DNA from: Pirellulales bacterium
GTDB taxonomy: Bacteria > Planctomycetota > Planctomycetia > Pirellulales > UBA1268
Assembly: GCA_040397585.1 (NCBI GenBank)
Contig: JBBAVS010000006.1
Coordinates: forward strand, 669-64,668
Direction: 5' to 3'
Length of the DNA: 64,000 nt
The translations under genes were made by a program, and so were the position numbers. Shown in pieces: positions 51,982-62,402 of this stretch. The stretch's first letter is position 1; each line of letters begins with the position of its first letter. The notes under the pieces are model-generated. The model made no database searches and was not told the origin of the DNA. It saw only the letters and a list, made by a program, of their open reading frames with translations.

Positions 51982-53176
51982 CGGCGAGAGCGGCGAGGTC
52001 GGAATCGGCATGCAGCCAGGAGAGGCTCGCCCGCACGAGGCTGCGGCCAGGGGGCACGCTCGGCGGCCGGATCGCTGGCACGAAGAAGCCGCCCTCGGCG
52101 AGCGCCGCCGAGAGGGCGACGGCCGCGGCGGGCGGGCCGACGACGATCGGGACGATCTGCGCCGCCGCCCCGCCGAGATCGAGGCCCGCGGCGGCGAGTC
52201 GGTCGCGGAAGGCGGCGGCTCGCGTGCGGAGTTCGCCGCGGCGCCGCGGCTCCTCGGCGAGAAGTTCGATCGCCTGGGTGGCGGCGGCGGCGACGGCCGG
52301 CGGATGGGCCGTGGAGAACACCCAGCCCCGCGCCGCGTGCCGCAGCCAGCGGATGAGATCGGCATGGCCCGCCACGAAGCCGCCGGCGGCGCCCAGCGCC
52401 TTGGAGAGCGTGCCGGTGCGGATGTGCACGCCGTCGGCGCAGCCCGCCTCCTCGACCAGGCCGCTGCCGCGGACGCCAAACACCCCCGTGGCGTGCGCCT
52501 CGTCCACCATCAGCATCGCGGCATGACGTTCGGCCACGTCGCAGAGATCCGCGAGCGGCGCGAGCGTGCCGTCCATCGAGAACAGCGTGTCGGTCACGAT
52601 CAGCCGGCGCCGGTGCCCCGCGGCGTCGGTCGCCAGCAGGGCGTCGAGCGCGGCGACGTCGCGATGCGGATAGACGCGGACGCTCGCCCGCGCCAACCGG
52701 CAGCCGTCGATGATGCTCGCGTGGTTGCGGTCGTCGCTGGCGATCAGATCGCCGGGGCCGACGAGGGCAGCGATCGTGGCGGCATTGGCGGCGAAGCCGC
52801 TCGAGAACGTGACGGCCGCCGGCACGTCGAGCAACTCCGCGAGCGCCTGCTCCAGCCGCTCGTGGGCCCGCGAGTGGCCGCTGACCAGCGGACTCGCCCC
52901 GGCCCCGAACCCCTCGGCGCAGGCGGCCCTCGAGGCGGCCTTCGTGAGTCGGACGTCGCCGGCGTAGCCGAGGTAGTCGTTGGAGCCCACGTTGACGAGC
53001 GTGCGGCCGTCGAGGACGACCGTGCCCCCCTGCCGGCCGTCGCGGATCCGCTGCGGCCGCTCGAGCCCGTCCGCCGCAAGCCGCTCGAGGCCGGCGGCCA
53101 GCCAGCCGAGTGCCGCGGGCAGCGGCGCTGGTGGAAGCGGCGGTCGAGAAGCGGCGGGCGCGAGGCGGCAGGGCAT
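51956..53176 (-). CDS. bioF: 8-Amino-7-oxononanoate synthase
   Basis: GSNDYLG, SGFAAN, DEAHATG, TLSKALG (PLP-Lys) and the AIRPPSVPPG tail typical of BioF. Confidence 0.85.
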   Translation of the reverse strand: MPCRLAPAASRPPLPPAPLPAALGWLAAGLERLAADGLERPQRIRDGRQGGTVVLDGRTLVNVGSNDYLGYAGDVRLTKAASRAACAEGFGAGASPLVSGHSRAHERLEQALAELLDVPAAVTFSSGFAANAATIAALVGPGDLIASDDRNHASIIDGCRLARASVRVYPHRDVAALDALLATDAAGHRRRLIVTDTLFSMDGTLAPLADLCDVAERHAAMLMVDEAHATGVFGVRGSGLVEEAGCADGVHIRTGTLSKALGAAGGFVAGHADLIRWLRHAARGWVFSTAHPPAVAAAATQAIELLAEEPRRRGELRTRAAAFRDRLAAAGLDLGGAAAQIVPIVVGPPAAAVALSAALAEGGFFVPAIRPPSVPPGRSLVRASLSWLHADSDLAALADAIIACHH

Positions 53177-53183
53177 GCCGGCA

Positions 53184-53663
53184 TTATGGCCGCTTCGACG
53201 AGCCCTTGGAGGCGAGCGCCCGAATCGTGCGGAACTGGGCCGGCGTCACGGGCTGAACCGACAGCCGGCTGCCGCGGCGGAGCAGTTCCATGCCGGCGAG
53301 GGCCTTCACGCCCCGCAGTTCATCGAGCGGGATCTCCCGCGGAAAGATCTCGACGAGTTTCACGTCCACCAGCGACCAGACCGGGTTGTCGGGCGAGGCC
53401 TTCGGGTCGTGGTAGTCGCTCGCGGCGTCCCAGGCGGTCGCGTCGGGATAGGCCTCGCGGGCCACCTCGACCACGCCGGCCACTGCCGAGGGCGTGGCAT
53501 TGGAGTGGTAGAAGAGGGCCAGGTCGCCCTGCTGCATGGCCCGGAGGAAGTTGCGGGCCTGGTAGTTGCGGACGCCTTCCCAGCGGGTCGTCTGCTTCCT
53601 GGCCTTCGCCAGGTCGTGGATCGAGAACACCTCGGGCTCGCTCTTGATCAGCCAGTGGTTCAT
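53184..53663 (-). CDS. EVE (PUA-like) domain protein
   Basis: MNHWLIKSEPEVFSI...WEGVRNYQARNFLR...GDLALFYHSN is the canonical EVE domain pattern. 159 aa. Confidence 0.85.
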   Translation of the reverse strand: MNHWLIKSEPEVFSIHDLAKARKQTTRWEGVRNYQARNFLRAMQQGDLALFYHSNATPSAVAGVVEVAREAYPDATAWDAASDYHDPKASPDNPVWSLVDVKLVEIFPREIPLDELRGVKALAGMELLRRGSRLSVQPVTPAQFRTIRALASKGSSKRP

Positions 53664-53700
53664 GGGGGCCTTTCTACCACTGGCACGGGCGGGCGAGTGA

Positions 53701-56700
53701 CTACCACATTCGCCGGCGGCGGAGCGCGAGGCCCACCACGCCGACGGCCATCAGCGCGGCCGGCACGACCGCCGGCTCCGGCACCGCGGCGATGCCGCCG
53801 GCACTTCCCGGCGGCGGGTTATAGGCGCCCGCGTCGAACAGGCCAGTCGAGAGGAAGTCGGCCGCGTCGAGGATATCGACGAGTCCGTCGTAGCCGAAGT
53901 CGCCCTCGTTCCACGAAGCCGGAAGTCCGCTGTCGAACTTGCCCCCCGCGAGGAAGTTGGCCGCGTCGAGGATGTCGACGCTCCAGTCGAGGTTCGTATC
54001 GCCGGCGGCGGCGAAGGCGAAGGTCACGCTGCCGTCGCCGTTGTCGAGCCAGCCGACCGTGCGGGGAATGCTCACTGCGATGTCCGCGGCCGCCTGGCTC
54101 GACGTGATCCCGCTCGTGCCGTTCCACGAACCGTCTCCGCGGCCGGTGAGCAGGGCCGTCACCAGGTCGGCGGCGGAGAGCCCGGCGGCCACCGTCATCA
54201 GGCCGCTGCCCACGTCAGTCAGTCCGCCGGCATTCGGGGCGAGGCCGCCCACGGTGGCCAGCAGGTAGGGGGTGATCGCCAGCGTGCCACCGGCGAGCGG
54301 CGTGATCGCGCTGGTGCCGAGCGCCGACCCGTTCGCCAGGCCGAGCACGCCGCCCTGGATGGTCGTGCTGCCCGTGAGCGAGCCGGCACCGGCGAGCACG
54401 AGCGTGCCCGTGCCGGTCTTGACGAGTTGGCCGGAGCCGTTCACGGCCCCCGCCAGCGAGCCGCTCGCCATCGCCAGCACGCCCGCGTCGATCTGGGTCG
54501 AGCCGCCGTAGGAGGCGTTCCCGACGAGCGTCACCGTGCCCGGGCCCGCCTTGACGAGCGACCCTGCCCCGCTGATCGGTGAGCCGGCGGTCACCGTGAT
54601 CGTGTTCGTGCCCGAGGCGTTGAACGTGCCTGTGCCCGAGGCGAGCGCGATCGGCACCGTGTCGATCGTCAGGTCGGAGCCAGCGAGGTTGCCGATCGTG
54701 CCGCCGGTCCAGTTGATGGCGGCCGAGACGGAGTCGGCGTTGCCGGTCTGGGCCCCAAGGGCGATCGACCCGGCCAGCAGCGTGCCGGCCGAGAGGTTCA
54801 CGGTGCCCGACACCGCCTTGTAAGAACCGGTGGTGCCGGTACCCAGGATCGTGTTCTCAGCCAGCGTGAGGCTCGTGGCCCGGACGAGGGCGCTCGGGTT
54901 GGCGATCGTGAGCGTGCCGTTGGCGGCATAGGTGCCGGTGGCGACGGAGCCGGCCAGAGCGCCCGTGATCCTCCCCACGACGATGCTCGCGGCATCGAGC
55001 GTTCCCGAGCCCATTGTGAAGACCGAGGTCTGCACACCGGTCCGACTGGTCTGCGTCGCCGTGTTGGCCTGGGCGATCGTGAGCGTGGTCACCTGGGCGT
55101 CGAGCGTGCCGGCGGAGAAGTCGGCCGTGCTGGTAAACGAGGTCTTCCCGGCGCCGCCGAACTGAGCCACCGAGCCGATCGTCCACGAGCCTATCGGGCT
55201 CGACCCGTCGGTGCCCCGCAGCACGAGCGATGGATTCGTCAGCCCGGTGTTGAACCGGACCGCGCTGTCCGACCGGCCAGCCGACGACTGGGCGAAGGTG
55301 CCGACGTTGAAGGCGTTGGACTGTCCGAGGATCAGCTGAGCGCTGCCACCGTCGTTGCTGGCCGACACGTCGGCGACGCCCAGGAAGGCAGCCGTGATCG
55401 TGGTGGAGTTCGCGAGCGTGAGGCTCGAGATGCCGGGGGCCGCCGAGTTGGTCGCACCCCCCTTCAGGCCGACGCGCACGGTGCCCGACGTGTTCACGTA
55501 GTTGAAGCTGGAGATGGCGGCCAGGCTGAGGTTGTCACGGGCACCGGCGACGCTCACGGCCCCACCCGGCCCGACCTCCATGTTGCCCGGGCCAAGGATT
55601 GCCAGCGCACCGCCCGATCCCGTCACGGCCATCCCGTCGGCGATGACGTTGTTGGCCGAGCTGAGCGCCCCGAACGTCTGGCTGGTCGAGCCGATGTCGA
55701 ACGTCGCATTGCTGCCCGTGAAGGCGAGCGTGCTCGACGTCACGAACTGGTTGTTGGAGGAGATCCGCAGCGTGCCGCCGCCGATGCTGGTCGTGCCGGC
55801 GTAGGTCTGGGTCGCGGTGACGAGCATCGTGCCGGTGCCGGACTTGGTCAGCCCGCCGGCCCCGGTGATCACGCCGTCGTAGGTCGTGCTCTGCCCGTTG
55901 CCGCCGACGGCGATCGTGTTGGCGCCCACGTCGATGCCGCGGGAGCCGGTCAGGGCCCCGACGTTGTAGGTGGTGACGGTGCCCGTGAACACGAGCGCAC
56001 CGACATCGGCGGCGTTCATGTCGAGCGTGGAGCCGGCGAGGGCATTGGTGGCTCCGAGGCCGAGGGTGCCATCGACGATCCGCGTGAAGCCCGTGAAGGA
56101 GGTGCTGCCGGTGAGCGAGAGTGTGGCCCCGGCGCCGATCCGGAGGTTGACCTTCCGCGTGCCGCCGAACACCGAATCGGCGATGTTGCCCTGGAAGGCG
56201 CCCGTGCCGCCGACGAGCGTCAGCGTGGAGTCGCTGGTGGTCGAACTGTTCGCGACGACGGTGGCGGACGTGGCGCTCCTGAGCGCCGTGAGCGTCTGAT
56301 CGTAGCCCGCGAGATTGTAGGTGGCCGCGCCGGAGGGGCCGAGCAGGAGGGTCGCCGAGGTGCTCAGGGCGTCGGTGACGCCATTGCTGAGCGTGCCGGT
56401 GACCCCGAAGATGCCCCAGCCGGTGCTGCCGGTGCCGCTCATGATCACGTTGCCGCTCCGCTGCGAGAAATCAGTGCTGGCGCCGGTCACGGTGATCGGG
56501 GCGGTGATCACGAGCGTGGCACCTGCCGAGGTGCTGAGCATGCCACCGGTGGCCGTGGGGGCGTTGTCGAGCGTGATCGGCCCGGTGATGGTGGCCGTGC
56601 CCGACGTGACCGAGATCACGCCGTTGCCCACGCCGGGGTTCTGCACGCCGGAGACGACCACCGGGTTGGCCAGCGTGGTGTCGGTACCGCCGAGGAGGAG

Positions 56701-59700
56701 CCGCGTGTTGCCGCCGGCGTTGGTGATCGTGACCGTGCCGCTGCCGAGCGCGCCCGCGGCATTGACCTGGAGGTTGCCCTGTTCGAGGAACGTGCCCCCC
56801 AAGAAGGAGTTGGACGCCGTGAGGGTCACGGTGTTGGCGGCCAGCTTGCGGACGAGACCCGAACCGGAAATGGCGTTGCCGAGTGTGGTGGCATCGGAGC
56901 GGTTGAGAATCAGCGTGCCGCTGTTGACGATCGCCCCGGCGACGGAACCGCCCGCCGCCCCAGAGCCGAGCTGCAACGCGCCGGCCTCGATCGTGGTCGG
57001 GCCTGAGAACGTGCTCGAGCCCGTGAGCACGAGCGTGCCGTCGCCGAGCTTCGTGAGGCTGCCGTCGGGGCTCGCGAGGCCGGAGCCGAGCGTCACGGTC
57101 TGGCCGTTGGTGTCGAGCCTGTAGGCCTGGCCGGCCGCCGAGCTGAATCGGGAGGAATAGTCGGCGGTATTGGCGGCCGAGAACTGCAGCCCGCCGCCGG
57201 TGAATGCGATCGTGCCCGCGGAGCCGAGCGCGTCCGCCGAACCGAGGCCGACCGTGCCGGCGGCCAGTGTGATGCCGCCGGTCGGCATGCCGGTTCCGGA
57301 GAGCGTCAAGAGGCCGCTGCCTTCCTTTCGGACCGAGCCGTCGCCGGAGAGGCCGCCGGCGTAGCTCACGGCGTCGGAGCGGTTGAAGACGAGCACGGCT
57401 CCGCCCGACACGCTCGCGTCGCCCGCGAGCGAGCCGGCCGTGCCGCCGTTGCCGATCGCCAGCGTGCCGGTCGTCACGCTCACGCCGCCGGTCGCGGTGA
57501 CGTCGCCGACGACGAGCATCCGGCCGCCGCCGGTCTTCGAGAAGCCGTTGTCGGCGGTGAGGGCGTTGGCGAACGTCACCGTGGCTTCCCCGGCCACGTT
57601 GATGGCGTTGGTGGCCCGGTTCGCCGCGGTGAGCGCGAGGCCGTCACCGCTGATCGTGTAGCCATCGACCGCGAAGTTGAGGCCGTTCGCGGCAGTCTGG
57701 GCGCCGCTGATCGTGACGGTGCCGCCGCTGGTGTCGAAGCGGGCGTTCCGCGACGGATCCCAGGCAACGGTCGCACTGCCGTCGTTCCAGTTCAACCCGG
57801 CGGCCGTCCACGTGCCGCTCCCGCCCGGGGTGGTGCCGTTGCCATACCAGGTGTACGGCGTCGCCGGTGTGAACAGGAGGTCGATGCCCAGCGAGTCGTT
57901 TGACAGGGCCAGCGAGAACGTGCCGCCAAGCAGCGGGTTGGTGAATCCGTTGGCACCCGCCGTGGGGAGCGTGTTGATCTTGAACAGGGTCGGGTCGAAT
58001 CCCGAGATCGCGCCGCCGCTCGTCAGGATCCGCCATGAGCCGGCGCTCGAGGGATCGAAGGATGCGGCGTTGCCGTTGACGTCGGGATTGGTCGAGGCGA
58101 GCGACCAGAGGTTGACATTGAAGGGATTCGAGGAAGACAGGGCCGAGAGGGTGAGCGACGCCGAACTGATCAGGTCCCAGCCGCTGCCGGCCGTGCCGGC
58201 GGCGTTGAGAATCTGCCAGTTGTAGTTGCCATCCGCTCCGAGCGCGAGATCCTGGGACACAGTGAGGGTGCCGACGCTCGACCCGGGCGAGAGCACGCTG
58301 GCAGCGCCGGCCGTCACGCTGCCGGAGACGAGCCCGCCCCCGCCGAGGGTCTGGCCGGACGAGAGCACGAATCCGCCCGCCTGGGAGGTGACGTCGAGCG
58401 TGGCGCCGGGCGCGACGGTCACGGTGCCGGAGGACGCCAGCGACGAACTGGGCGCGATCACGAGCGTGCCGGCCGAGACCCGCGTGGGGCCGGTGGAGGT
58501 GTTCGCGCCGGCGAGCGTCCACGTGCCGGGGCCCTCCTTGGTGATTCCCAGACGACCGCCGCTGGCGGCGTTGGCCAGCGACGAGTTGATCGTGTTGGAG
58601 CCCGTGTTGGTGCCGACGAGCCGCAGGGTGCGGTCGGTGGCGCCGATGAACGTGGCCGTGCTGCCGCCGCTGAGGATCGCCGGGCTGCTGAGCGTGTAGG
58701 CGTTGCCGTTGATGGCGGTGATCGTCACGGTGCCGGAGACCGCCGGGGAGGTGAACCGCTGGCCCACCACCGTGCCAGGGGTGGCCGCCGCGAGGTTCGT
58801 GGCGACGTTCGAGCCGCTGACGAAGGTCAGCGCCAACGCCGTTGGCTCCGTGGCCGTCACGCCGCCGTTGAACGTCAGCGCCCCCGCTCCTGACGAGTCG
58901 ATCGCGCCGCCCGTGGCGTCGATCTGCAGCGTGCGGTTGGTGGCCTGATCCGTCCCCCCGGTGTAGCGGAGCGTGCCGCTCGTGCCCTGGCCGCTGAACT
59001 GGATCGTGGTGCCGGCGCCGAGGGGGCTAGGTGTGCCCGAGTCGGCCAGGTTCGCCACGTCGAGGACGCCGTCGAGGATCGCGGGGGTGCCGGTGAAGGA
59101 GTTTGCGGCGTTCGTGAGCGACCAGGTGCCCACGCCGGACTTGATCAGGTTGGTGACCGCGCCGGCGGCTGTGCCGTTGACGATCGGCCCCGACACGACG
59201 CCCTGGCCGGAGCCGCCCAAACTCATCAGCCGCGTACTGGAGGCGACCGAGTTCGAGAGCGTGCCGGCAAGCGTGAGCAGGCCGCCGTCGGACGTGAAGT
59301 TGATGCCGTTGCCACCGCCGGCGGCGATGGTCATGTCCGCCGTGATCGTGTTGCTACCCTGCAGGTTCTGGATGTTCGGCGTGCCGCCGTTGGCGAGGCC
59401 GTTCGAGGAGTTGAAGGGAGCGAACGTGTTGCTGATCGTGGTGGTGCCGGCGATGTTGAGGATCAGACTCCCGGTCGCCACACCTCCCTTCGGCAGCGCG
59501 ACCGTGCTGCCGGCGGGCAGGGCCGCGGCCGAGTCGATCCGCAACCCGCCGCCGGATACGGTGGTGGTGCCGGTGTAGGTGTTGACCCCGGCGAGCGCCG
59601 TGATGCCGGTGCCGGTCTTCGTCACGCCACCGGTGCCGCCGACACCGACGATGTTGTTGGCGATAACGCCATCGACGTTCGCGAAGGTGAGATTGCCCGA

Positions 59701-62352
59701 GCCGCCGGTGGCGAACGTGATGTCGCCGGTTCCCTGTGAGCCCAAGGCGCCGATCGTGATTCCGCCGGTGCCCGCCTGGCTGATGCCGCCGGAGAACGTG
59801 TTGGCGGAGGTCGTGTTGGTGAGGGCGAGTGTGCCGCCGCCCGAGTGGACGAAGCCGGACGATCCGCTGACGGGCCCGGTGAACGTGGTCGTCGAGCCGG
59901 CGTCGTTGTTGATGGAGGCGGTGGCGGCGAGCGTCATGCTGCCGGAAAGCGTGAAGGCGACGGCGTTGCCCGAACGGAGGGTCGCGGTGCCGGAGGCGAA
60001 CGTGATCGGTTCGGGAATGGGGGCCGCGTTCGCCGAGGCGAGGAGGTAGATCTGCGATCCGTCGGCGAGTGTCGTGCCCACCGCCGCGTCGCCGAGTCCG
60101 TAGGGGTTCTGGAGGAAGACCTGGGCGCCGGACGTGAGCGAAATCGGACCGCCGTAGCCGTTGCTTGAGGTGAGCGTGAGCACGGACGTGCCGGTGTAGG
60201 TCAGGCCGCCGGTGCCGGTCACCGTGCCGGCGATCGTGTTCCCCGCGTTGGCCCCGAAGGTCACGGCATTACCTCCAAGGGCGAGCGTGCCGCCGGCGGC
60301 GACGCCGAGGGAACCGAGCGTGTAGGACGGACCGACGAGATTCGAGACGTCGAGCGTCGCGCCCGAGCCGGTCACGAACCATCCGGGCGACGCCACGGGC
60401 AGCGAGCCGGCGCCGGAGAACACGAGGCTGCCGCCTGCGACCGTGGTCGCTCCCGTGTAGGTGTTGGCCGCGGTGAGCGCGAGCGTGCCCGAGCCGAGCT
60501 TGACGAGCCCGAGCGAGTTGGCCCCGCCGTTGCCGTCGGTGACCGCGGAGGCGTAGGTGAACGCGCCGCCCGCATTCGTCGTGTCGAGACCGATCGCCGC
60601 CCCGGGGAGGAAGCCGCTCGTGCTTGTGGCGAGCGCCAGGAGCGTGGCCACGTCGCCGCTCGTGAACTCACCGGCACCCCCCACGTTGACCGCCAAGGCT
60701 CCGCCGCTGCCCGTGGTCAGGTTGGCAGCGGTCCACTTCGTGTTGTCAGCCGCATACAGGGCCGAAGGCTTGGCGAACTGGAGCACGCCGCCGGTGATCG
60801 TGGTCGGACCCGTGTAGAGGCTCGTGCCCGAGAGGATCTGCACGCCCGGCGCGGAGGCGGAGGCGACGGTCGAGCCCGACTTCGTCAGCGACATTCCCGC
60901 GGCACCGTTGGCGAGGTTGCCTGAGTACGTGAAGGTGCTGCCGGGCTGGGTGTTGAGCGTCAGGGCCGAGATCGTGCCGTAGTTGACCGGATTGAAGGTG
61001 CCGCTCCCCACGAGGCCGCCGAGAGTCACGGCGGTGCCCGACGCGAGCTGGAACACGCCGGTGCTGGCCGTGTTGAAGCCGCTGTTCTGCAGGGCCACGG
61101 CGTTGCCGAGGGCCAGCGTGCCGGTGCTCACGAGGGTCACGCCCGTGAAGGTGCTCGTGCCGGTGAGGGCGAGCCGGTTCGAGCCGCTCTTCGTCAGGCC
61201 GCCCGTTCCGGTAAGCGTGGACGAGACGGTGCCGGACGACGTGCCCACCAGCCGGGAGGCGATGACGGAGCCGCCGAGGAGCGAGCCGCCGTTGACGGTG
61301 AACGTGTTGGAGACTGTCACCCCCACGAGATCGACCGTGGTCGAGCCCCCGACCGTAACGGCACCGGTTCCGAGCCCGGTGTTGCTCGTGACGCGGACGA
61401 CCCCGCCGCTCACCGTCGTGCCCAGGGCGTAGGTGTTGTTGCCGGCGAGGGTGAGGGTGCCCGCCCCATTCTTGGTGACCGACATGCCAGCCGTACCGCC
61501 GTTGAGCACCGGCCCGGTGATGTTGATCGACCCGGAGCCGGAGTAGATGAAGCCGCGGGCCGACGTGAGCGTGGAGTTCTGCGTGCCGGAGAGCGTGAGC
61601 GTGCCGGAGTCGCTCAGCACCATGTATGAACCGCCTGTGTTGACGATGCTGATGTTGCCGGCCCAGGTGTTGTTGCCCGAGAGATTCTTGAGCTGGTACG
61701 CCGTGGCGTTGTTGGTGCGGCCGTTCAACCGCAGGGCGTAGTTCGCGGTGATGCCGCCGGTGAGGTTGATGCCGGCGATCGAGGTGTTGTCGCCCAAGAG
61801 ATTGATCGTCGAATAGTTGCCGAGGGCCCTGTCGTTGGCCAGCGTGAGGTAGCCGAGGTTGGCCGAGGAACCGGCGCCGAACGAGAACGTGCCGCTGCCG
61901 AAGGTGTTGCTCCCCGAGAGCACGAGCGTGCCGGTGCCCTGCTTCGAGAAGCCACTCCCGGTGACGGTCGAAGCCAGGGTGCTCGTGCCGGTGGACACCG
62001 TGAGGTTGATGCCGGTGCCGCTGAGCGCGACGGTGCCCCCGGTCACGAGGGCGTTGGCCGCGGAGAACGTGAGGCCGTTGGTGGTGACCTGATCGATGAC
62101 GGTGGCGGTGCCCGAGGCGGAGTTGAAGACCGCCACGTTCGTGGGACCAGTGAACTCATCCCAGGGCGTACCGGTCGCGTCGGTCCAGTTCGTGGCGTCG
62201 ATCGTCCACGATGCGGTCGATGACGCGGCACCGGACCAGGTGAAGGGGGCTGCGTGCGCCGCACCGGTGAGAGCGAGCAGGCAACCGCATGCCCACGCGA
62301 CGCTGGACCTCAGCAGCCCGCCATCGGAAACACGAATACGGCATGCCGACAT
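53701..62352 (-). CDS. Giant (2883 aa) secreted protein of autotransporter-associated beta-strand repeats with two dockerin-like Ca-binding motifs and a C-terminal PEP-CTERM anchor
   Basis: Signal-like N-terminus. Dozens of units of the type G.GTLTL.G.NTYTG.T.V..G.L. C-terminus has DILDAANFL and DILDAADFL, then VPEPAVVPAALMAVGVVGLALRRRRMW. Confidence 0.92.
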   Translation of the reverse strand: MSACRIRVSDGGLLRSSVAWACGCLLALTGAAHAAPFTWSGAASSTASWTIDATNWTDATGTPWDEFTGPTNVAVFNSASGTATVIDQVTTNGLTFSAANALVTGGTVALSGTGINLTVSTGTSTLASTVTGSGFSKQGTGTLVLSGSNTFGSGTFSFGAGSSANLGYLTLANDRALGNYSTINLLGDNTSIAGINLTGGITANYALRLNGRTNNATAYQLKNLSGNNTWAGNISIVNTGGSYMVLSDSGTLTLSGTQNSTLTSARGFIYSGSGSINITGPVLNGGTAGMSVTKNGAGTLTLAGNNTYALGTTVSGGVVRVTSNTGLGTGAVTVGGSTTVDLVGVTVSNTFTVNGGSLLGGSVIASRLVGTSSGTVSSTLTGTGGLTKSGSNRLALTGTSTFTGVTLVSTGTLALGNAVALQNSGFNTASTGVFQLASGTAVTLGGLVGSGTFNPVNYGTISALTLNTQPGSTFTYSGNLANGAAGMSLTKSGSTVASASAPGVQILSGTSLYTGPTTITGGVLQFAKPSALYAADNTKWTAANLTTGSGGALAVNVGGAGEFTSGDVATLLALATSTSGFLPGAAIGLDTTNAGGAFTYASAVTDGNGGANSLGLVKLGSGTLALTAANTYTGATTVAGGSLVFSGAGSLPVASPGWFVTGSGATLDVSNLVGPSYTLGSLGVAAGGTLALGGNAVTFGANAGNTIAGTVTGTGGLTYTGTSVLTLTSSNGYGGPISLTSGAQVFLQNPYGLGDAAVGTTLADGSQIYLLASANAAPIPEPITFASGTATLRSGNAVAFTLSGSMTLAATASINNDAGSTTTFTGPVSGSSGFVHSGGGTLALTNTTSANTFSGGISQAGTGGITIGALGSQGTGDITFATGGSGNLTFANVDGVIANNIVGVGGTGGVTKTGTGITALAGVNTYTGTTTVSGGGLRIDSAAALPAGSTVALPKGGVATGSLILNIAGTTTISNTFAPFNSSNGLANGGTPNIQNLQGSNTITADMTIAAGGGNGINFTSDGGLLTLAGTLSNSVASSTRLMSLGGSGQGVVSGPIVNGTAAGAVTNLIKSGVGTWSLTNAANSFTGTPAILDGVLDVANLADSGTPSPLGAGTTIQFSGQGTSGTLRYTGGTDQATNRTLQIDATGGAIDSSGAGALTFNGGVTATEPTALALTFVSGSNVATNLAAATPGTVVGQRFTSPAVSGTVTITAINGNAYTLSSPAILSGGSTATFIGATDRTLRLVGTNTGSNTINSSLANAASGGRLGITKEGPGTWTLAGANTSTGPTRVSAGTLVIAPSSSLASSGTVTVAPGATLDVTSQAGGFVLSSGQTLGGGGLVSGSVTAGAASVLSPGSSVGTLTVSQDLALGADGNYNWQILNAAGTAGSGWDLISSASLTLSALSSSNPFNVNLWSLASTNPDVNGNAASFDPSSAGSWRILTSGGAISGFDPTLFKINTLPTAGANGFTNPLLGGTFSLALSNDSLGIDLLFTPATPYTWYGNGTTPGGSGTWTAAGLNWNDGSATVAWDPSRNARFDTSGGTVTISGAQTAANGLNFAVDGYTISGDGLALTAANRATNAINVAGEATVTFANALTADNGFSKTGGGRMLVVGDVTATGGVSVTTGTLAIGNGGTAGSLAGDASVSGGAVLVFNRSDAVSYAGGLSGDGSVRKEGSGLLTLSGTGMPTGGITLAAGTVGLGSADALGSAGTIAFTGGGLQFSAANTADYSSRFSSAAGQAYRLDTNGQTVTLGSGLASPDGSLTKLGDGTLVLTGSSTFSGPTTIEAGALQLGSGAAGGSVAGAIVNSGTLILNRSDATTLGNAISGSGLVRKLAANTVTLTASNSFLGGTFLEQGNLQVNAAGALGSGTVTITNAGGNTRLLLGGTDTTLANPVVVSGVQNPGVGNGVISVTSGTATITGPITLDNAPTATGGMLSTSAGATLVITAPITVTGASTDFSQRSGNVIMSGTGSTGWGIFGVTGTLSNGVTDALSTSATLLLGPSGAATYNLAGYDQTLTALRSATSATVVANSSTTSDSTLTLVGGTGAFQGNIADSVFGGTRKVNLRIGAGATLSLTGSTSFTGFTRIVDGTLGLGATNALAGSTLDMNAADVGALVFTGTVTTYNVGALTGSRGIDVGANTIAVGGNGQSTTYDGVITGAGGLTKSGTGTMLVTATQTYAGTTSIGGGTLRISSNNQFVTSSTLAFTGSNATFDIGSTSQTFGALSSANNVIADGMAVTGSGGALAILGPGNMEVGPGGAVSVAGARDNLSLAAISSFNYVNTSGTVRVGLKGGATNSAAPGISSLTLANSTTITAAFLGVADVSASNDGGSAQLILGQSNAFNVGTFAQSSAGRSDSAVRFNTGLTNPSLVLRGTDGSSPIGSWTIGSVAQFGGAGKTSFTSTADFSAGTLDAQVTTLTIAQANTATQTSRTGVQTSVFTMGSGTLDAASIVVGRITGALAGSVATGTYAANGTLTIANPSALVRATSLTLAENTILGTGTTGSYKAVSGTVNLSAGTLLAGSIALGAQTGNADSVSAAINWTGGTIGNLAGSDLTIDTVPIALASGTGTFNASGTNTITVTAGSPISGAGSLVKAGPGTVTLVGNASYGGSTQIDAGVLAMASGSLAGAVNGSGQLVKTGTGTLVLAGAGSLTGSTTIQGGVLGLANGSALGTSAITPLAGGTLAITPYLLATVGGLAPNAGGLTDVGSGLMTVAAGLSAADLVTALLTGRGDGSWNGTSGITSSQAAADIAVSIPRTVGWLDNGDGSVTFAFAAAGDTNLDWSVDILDAANFLAGGKFDSGLPASWNEGDFGYDGLVDILDAADFLSTGLFDAGAYNPPPGSAGGIAAVPEPAVVPAALMAVGVVGLALRRRRMW

Positions 62353-62402
62353 GATTCTTCCCCCACGGCGTCACCCGTCCCCAAAACCGAAACCGAAAAA
62401 AA

